64,000 nt of DNA from the NCBI RefSeq assembly GCF_004765795.1, contig NZ_SBIV01000001.1, forward strand, positions 310,001 to 374,000, given 5' to 3'. Position 1 is the first letter of the stretch; each line of letters begins with the position of its first letter. Under the pieces are notes generated by a model, which made no database searches, had not been told where the DNA came from, and saw only the letters and a program-made list of their open reading frames with translations. Below are positions 58,456 through 64,000 of the stretch, in pieces. The stretch is from Halorussus marinus. Lineage in GTDB: Archaea > Halobacteriota > Halobacteria > Halobacteriales > Haladaptataceae. Made by a program: the position numbers and the translations under genes.

Positions 58456-58880
58456 AATCCGATGTGGGAGGTCGAGTCCGGCTCGTCGTCGCCGTCGGTT
58501 CCGGCTCCGTCCTCGATGGCCCCTTCGTGGTCGAACTCGTAGCCGCGGTCCGCGAGGTAGACGTCGCCGCCCTCGACCGCGAGTTCGACCGAGACCAGCG
58601 TGGTGTCGGCCGCGTCGCCGTTGTCGCAGTACCCCGAGCAGGCGTCGAACATCGAGCCGTGTCTCGGGCAGATGATCTGGCCGTCGCGGATCGGGGCACC
58701 GGTCCCGCGGTCGAGCCGCTGGGCCTCGTGGGTACAGCGGTTGAGCCACGCCTCGACGCCGTCTTCGCAGGGCACGACGACGACCTCTTCGGGTTCGCCG
58801 TACCGGTCTCGGGCTGTGAACAGCCACGACCCCTCCTCGTGGACCGTCTCGACGCTCGTGAGTCGCGTTCGCTCGGACAC
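58452..58880 (-). CDS. Rieske [2Fe-2S] protein
   Basis: CTH...CPRHGSMFD; GTG start. Confidence 0.88.
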   Translation of the reverse strand: MSERTRLTSVETVHEEGSWLFTARDRYGEPEEVVVVPCEDGVEAWLNRCTHEAQRLDRGTGAPIRDGQIICPRHGSMFDACSGYCDNGDAADTTLVSVELAVEGGDVYLADRGYEFDHEGAIEDGAGTDGDDEPDSTSHIGF

Positions 58881-58951
58881 GGGTGGAGTGGTGGCCGCCC
58901 AAACAGTGAACCTTTCGACGACTCGCCGGCCCCTCCTGGGGACTCGACCGC

Positions 58952-59530
58952 TCACCCCATCCGGGCGGCCTGGCCCGCCATCTCGATGTCGCGGGCGGGG
59001 TCGGTCGTCACGCTCGGGCCGTGGCCGGTGTGCATCTCCGCGAGGTGGCCGTCGACGCGCTGGCTCAGCCGGTCGATGCTCTCGATCAGCCGCCCGCGAT
59101 CGCCCTCTTCGAGGTCGGTTCGGCCGAAGCTCCCGTTCTGGAAGACGAGATCGCCCGCGAACAGCACGCCCGCCCCGGCCGAGTAGAAACAGAGGTGGTC
59201 GTTCTTGTGCCCCGGCGTGTGGAGCGCGACGTAACCGTCGTCGCCGAGTCGGACCGTCTCCTCGTCGCCGATGGCGTTGTCGACGCCCGGTTGGTCGGCG
59301 TCGAAGCCCCACGCCTCGACGCCGAACGCGTCTTTGACCGAGTCGAGGTTGCCGACGTGGTCCGAGTGAGTGTGGGTGAGAACGACGGCGTCGAGGTCGG
59401 CCTCGCGTTCGTCGAGCGTTCCGACGGCGTCGAAGTTCGCACCCGTATCGACCAACACCGTCCGGTCGCCCTCGACGAGAAACGCGTTGCTCGTGAACGC
59501 TTGCACGCCGCGTGCGATGTTCGTTATCAT
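58952..59530 (-). CDS. MBL-fold metallo-hydrolase
   Basis: THTHSDH, HTPGH, AGD, GHG. Confidence 0.9.
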   Translation of the reverse strand: MITNIARGVQAFTSNAFLVEGDRTVLVDTGANFDAVGTLDEREADLDAVVLTHTHSDHVGNLDSVKDAFGVEAWGFDADQPGVDNAIGDEETVRLGDDGYVALHTPGHKNDHLCFYSAGAGVLFAGDLVFQNGSFGRTDLEEGDRGRLIESIDRLSQRVDGHLAEMHTGHGPSVTTDPARDIEMAGQAARMG

Positions 59531-59628
59531 GGTCGACCGTACGGACGGGCGCGGTTTGTGCGTATCGCTACCGGTCGAGACGACGATGTCGCGTGGGTTT
59601 ATGTAGGCCTGCGGTACTCCCCACACGT

Positions 59629-60372
59629 ATGGAAGTCCGCCTGCTCGAAGCGACCGAGGACCCGGAGGAGGTCATCTGTACCGCGGCGCGAAACGACTAC
59701 ATGGAGGCGTTCGTCGGCGATCGGTCGTTCGAAGAGGTCATGGCGACCATCGAGGGCGACGATATCGAGGCGAAAAAAGAGACGCTCATCGGCCACCTGC
59801 TCAAGCAGGGCCACTTCGGCCCGTTCGAGCACGCGCAGGCCACCTTCGCGGTCAAGGGGATCAGCCGGTCGTGCATGGCCCAGATCACCCGCCACCGCCA
59901 CGCGTCGTTCGACGTCCGGAGCATGCGGTACGTCTCGTTCGACGACGTCGACCCCGAGGACGTGGCGGAGGGCGAACTCGTGGTCACGCCCCCGTCGGCG
60001 ACCGATCCCGACTGGATCGGCCGGAATCAGAAGACCGGCTCGGTCGACGAGGAGACCGTCGAGGAACGCGAGGCGATCTTCCGGGAGTCGGTCGAGCGGT
60101 CGGTCGAGGACTATCAGGAACTGCTCGATCTGGGGATGCCGCCCGAGGACGCCCGGTTCGTCCTCCCGATCGGGACCGAGGTCAACATGGTGTTCTCGGT
60201 GAACGCTCGGATGCTGATGCACGTCGCCGACATGCGGGCGGCGGCCGACGCCCAGTGGGAGATTCGAGAGATGACCGAACGGATGCTCGATCTCGCGGCC
60301 GAGTGGTGCCCCCTCACCTTCGAGTACTACGAGGAGAACATGAAAAACCGGAAGAACCGCCTCGCGCCCTGA
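59629..60372 (+). CDS. thyX: FAD-dependent thymidylate synthase
   Basis: GHFGPFEH, QITRHRHASFDVRSMRY, EDARFVLP, AQWEIR. Confidence 0.95.
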   Translation: MEVRLLEATEDPEEVICTAARNDYMEAFVGDRSFEEVMATIEGDDIEAKKETLIGHLLKQGHFGPFEHAQATFAVKGISRSCMAQITRHRHASFDVRSMRYVSFDDVDPEDVAEGELVVTPPSATDPDWIGRNQKTGSVDEETVEEREAIFRESVERSVEDYQELLDLGMPPEDARFVLPIGTEVNMVFSVNARMLMHVADMRAAADAQWEIREMTERMLDLAAEWCPLTFEYYEENMKNRKNRLAP

Positions 60373-60379
60373 TCGCCGC

Positions 60380-60865
60380 CTACTCGTCGGCCAACTCCTC
60401 GATCAGGCTCTCTAAACTGTAACTCCGGAGCGGGCGCTCGTCGTCCCGGAGCGACGAGATGACGAACGTCGAGTTCGTCCGCTCGACGCCTTCGATGGCC
60501 TCGAACTCGCTGATGAGTCGCTCGACGGCGTCGCTGTCGGGGAGTCGCGCGACGAGGATGAAGTCGGTCTCGCCCATCGTGAAGTACGCCTGCGTGACTC
60601 CCTCGACTTCGAGGAGTCGGTCGCCGAACTCCTCGTAGGGACCCTCGTAGTCCGCCAGCACCTCCACGAGCACGGTCACGCCGAGGCCCGCCGCTTCGAG
60701 GTCGATGTCGTAGAGGTCGTTTTCGATCACGCCCTCCTCCCGGAGGTTGGTCAGCCGGTAGTGGATCGTCGACACCGGGATGTCGGTCTCCTCGCTGAGC
60801 TGTTCGGGGCTCCCGGTACCCAGGTCCGCGATGGCCTTCAGAATGGTGACGTCGCGCTCGTCCAT
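60380..60865 (-). CDS. Lrp/AsnC transcriptional regulator
   Basis: N-terminal HTH (STIHYRL), TMGETDF RAM domain. Confidence 0.9.
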   Translation of the reverse strand: MDERDVTILKAIADLGTGSPEQLSEETDIPVSTIHYRLTNLREEGVIENDLYDIDLEAAGLGVTVLVEVLADYEGPYEEFGDRLLEVEGVTQAYFTMGETDFILVARLPDSDAVERLISEFEAIEGVERTNSTFVISSLRDDERPLRSYSLESLIEELADE

Positions 60866-61070
60866 TTTCGTGGCACTTCGGTCGTCCGCCTAATTAACAC
60901 CGGCGTTCGACCGTCACCGACCCCCAGTTCCGTCTTTTGACGTGTCCGCGACCGCGCATAGTAGCCAGAAACGCGCAAATATTACTCCTATATCTAGGGC
61001 CAGTTCGAGTATTTTGAGAGTCTTTGTAGAAAGGTTTAACTCTACCGCGCTATTTCGTGCTACCAGAACC

Positions 61071-62060
61071 ATGTTATCGGACGATATTTGGCGTTTTGTC
61101 TCGCGCACCCCGGTGCTGTTCGTGCTCGTCGCGACCCTCTGGGGCGGCTCGTTCGTCGCCATCGAAGTCGGACTCCACTACTTCCCGCCGCTGTTGTTCG
61201 CCGGCGTTCGCTACTCGATCGCGGGCGCGATCATCCTCGGCTACGCGGTGTTCGCCGCCGATCGGTGGCGGCCCGCGGGCCGCGACGAGTGGCTCTCGAT
61301 CGGCGTGGTCGGCGCGTTCATCATCGCGGGCCACCACGCGTTCGTCTACATCGGCGAACTGTACGTCTCGGGCGCGATCGCGTCGATCGTGATCAGCCTC
61401 TCGCCGGTCCTGACCGCGGTGTTCGCGTCGCTCGTCCTCGGCCGGCGGCTGTCGACGACCGAGATAGTCGGCTTCGTGATCGGGCTCGTCGGCGTGCTGA
61501 TCGTCGCGGACTTCGACCCGACGAACGCCGCCTCGGCGAGCGCGGTCGGCGTCGGACTCGTGTTCGTCTCGGTGGTCTGCTTCGCGCTCGGGGGCGTGTT
61601 GCTCCGGCCGCTCCGGACCGACCTCCCGGTGTCGTCGCTTCAGGGCTGGGGCATGGTCAGCGGGTCCGGGGTGCTGTACGCCGTCGGCGGGCTCCGGGGC
61701 GAGACGTTCGCCGCGGTGGCGTGGACCTCGACCGCGATCGCGTCGCTGACCTATCTCACCCTGCTCTCTGGCGTGGTCGCGTTCCTCGTCTACTTCGCGC
61801 TGCTCGACCGGGTCGGGCCGACCCAGCTCAACCTCGTCGGCTACCTTGAACCCGTGATGGCGACGCTGTTCGGGTGGCTGTTGCTCGGCGACCTGATCGA
61901 CGGGACCACGGCGGCGGGCTTCGGGGCGATCTTCCTCGGGTTCGCGCTGGTGAAACGCCGGGCGCTCGTCGACATCGTCCGATCGGCACTCGACACCGAC
62001 GACGCCGACGAGTCGGCCTCGTGGTCCGAGCGGAACGCCGTCGCTCCGGCCGACGACTGA
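61071..62060 (+). CDS. DMT/EamA family transporter
   Basis: WGGSFVAI, PPLLFAGVRY, YLEPV. Confidence 0.9.
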   Translation: MLSDDIWRFVSRTPVLFVLVATLWGGSFVAIEVGLHYFPPLLFAGVRYSIAGAIILGYAVFAADRWRPAGRDEWLSIGVVGAFIIAGHHAFVYIGELYVSGAIASIVISLSPVLTAVFASLVLGRRLSTTEIVGFVIGLVGVLIVADFDPTNAASASAVGVGLVFVSVVCFALGGVLLRPLRTDLPVSSLQGWGMVSGSGVLYAVGGLRGETFAAVAWTSTAIASLTYLTLLSGVVAFLVYFALLDRVGPTQLNLVGYLEPVMATLFGWLLLGDLIDGTTAAGFGAIFLGFALVKRRALVDIVRSALDTDDADESASWSERNAVAPADD

Positions 62061-62194
62061 GGCGTCGGTCCGGGCGACGCCGCCGGGCGCCGAGTCGATT
62101 TCTGTGGCGATTTTCTTCGTCTCGTCGTCCCTGATCGGCCGCCGGGGGTTCCGGGACCCGGACGTTTAGGATGTGTCGGGACAACTACTCGCAC

Positions 62195-63349
62195 ATGCTG
62201 GCACTCCGAGGCGGGACAGTCGTAGACGCGGGCGGCACTCGAAAAGCGGACGTCGCCGTCGAGGACGGCGAGATCGCGGCGGTCGGGGACGTGCCCGACG
62301 CCGACGAGGAGATCGACGCGACCGGACAGTTCGTCGCGCCCGGACTCGTCGACGCCCACGTCCACCTCACCCTCGACGGCCGGCCGGATCCGGGGTCGGC
62401 GCGCGGGGCCTCCGAAGCGACGCTCGCCTACCGGGCCGCCAACAACCTCGAGAGCGCGCTCGACGGCGGCGTGACGACGGTTCGAGACCTCGGGGCGGCG
62501 GCGTCGGTCGCGCTCGACGCCGCCGACGCCGTCGAGTCGGGCGTGCTCGACGGGCCCCGGGTCCTCGCCTGCGGCCAGAGCGTGGTGATGACCGGCGGCC
62601 ACGGCCACTGGCACGCCCGCGAGGCCGACGGCGTCGCCGAGGTACAGAAGGCGACTCGCGAGCAACTCAAGCGGGGTGCGGACGTCGTGAAGACGATGGC
62701 GACCGGCGGGGTCCTCACCGAGGGCGCGCTGACGGGCGCCCCGGAACTCACCGAGGAGGAGCTGTCGGCGCTCGTCGAGACGGCCGCGGCCAAGCGCGTG
62801 CCGACGGCGGCCCACGCTCACGGCGCGGCGGGCATCAAGAACGCGACCCGGGCGGGTATCACCAGCGTCGAACACGGCACCTTCATGGACCGGGAAGCGG
62901 CCGAGCTGATGGCCGATCGGGGCACCTACTGGGTCCCGACCGCGAAGGCGCTCCACGGCATCGTCGACGCCGGGACCGAAGCCGGGATCCCCGAGTTCGC
63001 GGTTCGGAAGGCCGAAGAAGCGGCCGAGGCGTTCGACGAGGCGTTCGACCACGCGATCGAGGCGGGCGTCCCGATCGCCATGGGAACCGACGCCGGCACG
63101 CCGTTCAACCACCTCGCCGACGCCCCGGAGGAGTTGGCGTTGATGGTCGACCACGGCCTCTCGCCGGCGGCGGCTCTGGAGGCGGCGACGGTCAACGCCG
63201 CCGACCTGCTGGGTCTCGACGGCGAGGTCGGGCGGGTAATCGAAGGCTACCGGGCGGACCTCCTGATTCTCGACGGGGACCCGCTCGACGACGCGACCGC
63301 GTGGCAATCGCCAGCACGCGTCGTGGCCGATGGCACCGTTGTCCGGTGA
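62195..63349 (+). CDS. Metal-dependent amidohydrolase (prolidase-like)
   Basis: PGLVDAHVH, GVTTVRD, AHAHG, EHG, GTDAG. Confidence 0.9.
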   Translation: MLALRGGTVVDAGGTRKADVAVEDGEIAAVGDVPDADEEIDATGQFVAPGLVDAHVHLTLDGRPDPGSARGASEATLAYRAANNLESALDGGVTTVRDLGAAASVALDAADAVESGVLDGPRVLACGQSVVMTGGHGHWHAREADGVAEVQKATREQLKRGADVVKTMATGGVLTEGALTGAPELTEEELSALVETAAAKRVPTAAHAHGAAGIKNATRAGITSVEHGTFMDREAAELMADRGTYWVPTAKALHGIVDAGTEAGIPEFAVRKAEEAAEAFDEAFDHAIEAGVPIAMGTDAGTPFNHLADAPEELALMVDHGLSPAAALEAATVNAADLLGLDGEVGRVIEGYRADLLILDGDPLDDATAWQSPARVVADGTVVR

Positions 63350-63400
63350 CAGCCCCACGTCAAAAGGTCTTTTATACCGGGCAATGGAGGAATAACGTGC

Positions 63401-64000
63401 ATGAGACGGCTGCTGGCTGTCGGCCTCGTAGTCGTGTTACTCGTCGGAGCGGTGCCCGCGGCGGCGTTCGCGGGCGGGCCGTCCGCAAGCTCGCCGACCG
63501 CCGAGCCACAGCGGCTCGGCGTCGGCGACGACTTCGACGACGTCACGTTCCACATCACGGTGTACGGCAACGGCACCGCCAAGTGGACGTTCACCTACCA
63601 GCAGACGCTCAACGAGACCGAAAAAGACGAGTTCGAGGCGTTCGCCGAGGAGTTCAACAACAACTCGACCGCACTCTACGACGGCTTCCGAGGGCAGGCC
63701 AAGGACCTCGCGAGCGCCGGCCAGAACCGGACGAACCGGACGATGGACGCCGAGCGCTTCTCGAAAGAGGCCCGCGTCGGCGGGATCGTCAACGAGAATC
63801 GAGGGATCGTCCAGATGTCGTTCCACTGGACCTCCTTCGCGGTCGCCGACGGCGCTGACGTGGTCATCGGAGACGTGTTTCAGGACGGGCTGTATCTGGG
63901 TCCGAACCAGTCGCTGGTCGTCCACGCGGGCCCCGAACTCCGGTTCACCGCTGTCGATCCGAACGCCACCGTCTCTGACGGCACGCTGGCCCAGTCCGAA
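63401..64000 (+). CDS. Secreted/membrane-anchored protein (DUF7345-like), runs off the window end
   Basis: Signal peptide MRRLLAVGLVVVLL; FHITVYGNGTAKWTF...FHWTSFA...IGDVF. Confidence 0.75.
   Translation, partial: MRRLLAVGLVVVLLVGAVPAAAFAGGPSASSPTAEPQRLGVGDDFDDVTFHITVYGNGTAKWTFTYQQTLNETEKDEFEAFAEEFNNNSTALYDGFRGQAKDLASAGQNRTNRTMDAERFSKEARVGGIVNENRGIVQMSFHWTSFAVADGADVVIGDVFQDGLYLGPNQSLVVHAGPELRFTAVDPNATVSDGTLAQSE

Noticed and set aside
1..64000. Many long overlapping or antisense ORFs in the track (e.g. 48035..50767-, 38716..41118-, 40807..42687+)
   Set aside because: Arg/Pro-rich shadow frames expected from high GC and biased codon usage; only the acidic, motif-bearing parts were accepted.
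1..64000. CRISPR array, IS element, integrase or provirus, defence island
   Set aside because: No spaced direct repeats, transposase or integrase motifs, and no large low-GC island were seen.

Overview
GC-rich haloarchaeal (class Halobacteria) core chromosome: acidic proteins, TATA-type promoters and many leaderless genes. About 65 genes. They include a fixABCX-type ETF operon, panA, mre11-rad50, polB with a 437-aa LAGLIDADG intein, sufCBD followed by a ferritin-like gene and a DtxR-family regulator, tRNA-Gln(TTG), a second DtxR/SirR regulator with GDT1 and LysE exporters, folP-mptE, photolyase with two divergent SOD genes, and thyX. I see no CRISPR array, IS element, provirus or recognisable defence island, and no clearly new multi-gene system. 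The best unexplained signals are non-coding or very small. (1) A promoter-linked long RNA hairpin between folP and mptE. (2) A structured tRNA-Gln 5' leader that duplicates the tRNA's own 5' end. (3) Three leaderless 13-15-codon uORFs that start about 28 nt after a TATA box and overlap the downstream start codon. (4) Matching DtxR-type boxes at suf and sirR. (5) Two unannotated micro-proteins, a decayed dodecin, and a PIP-like tail on Mre11. All family names come from recognising sequence motifs, not from database searches.
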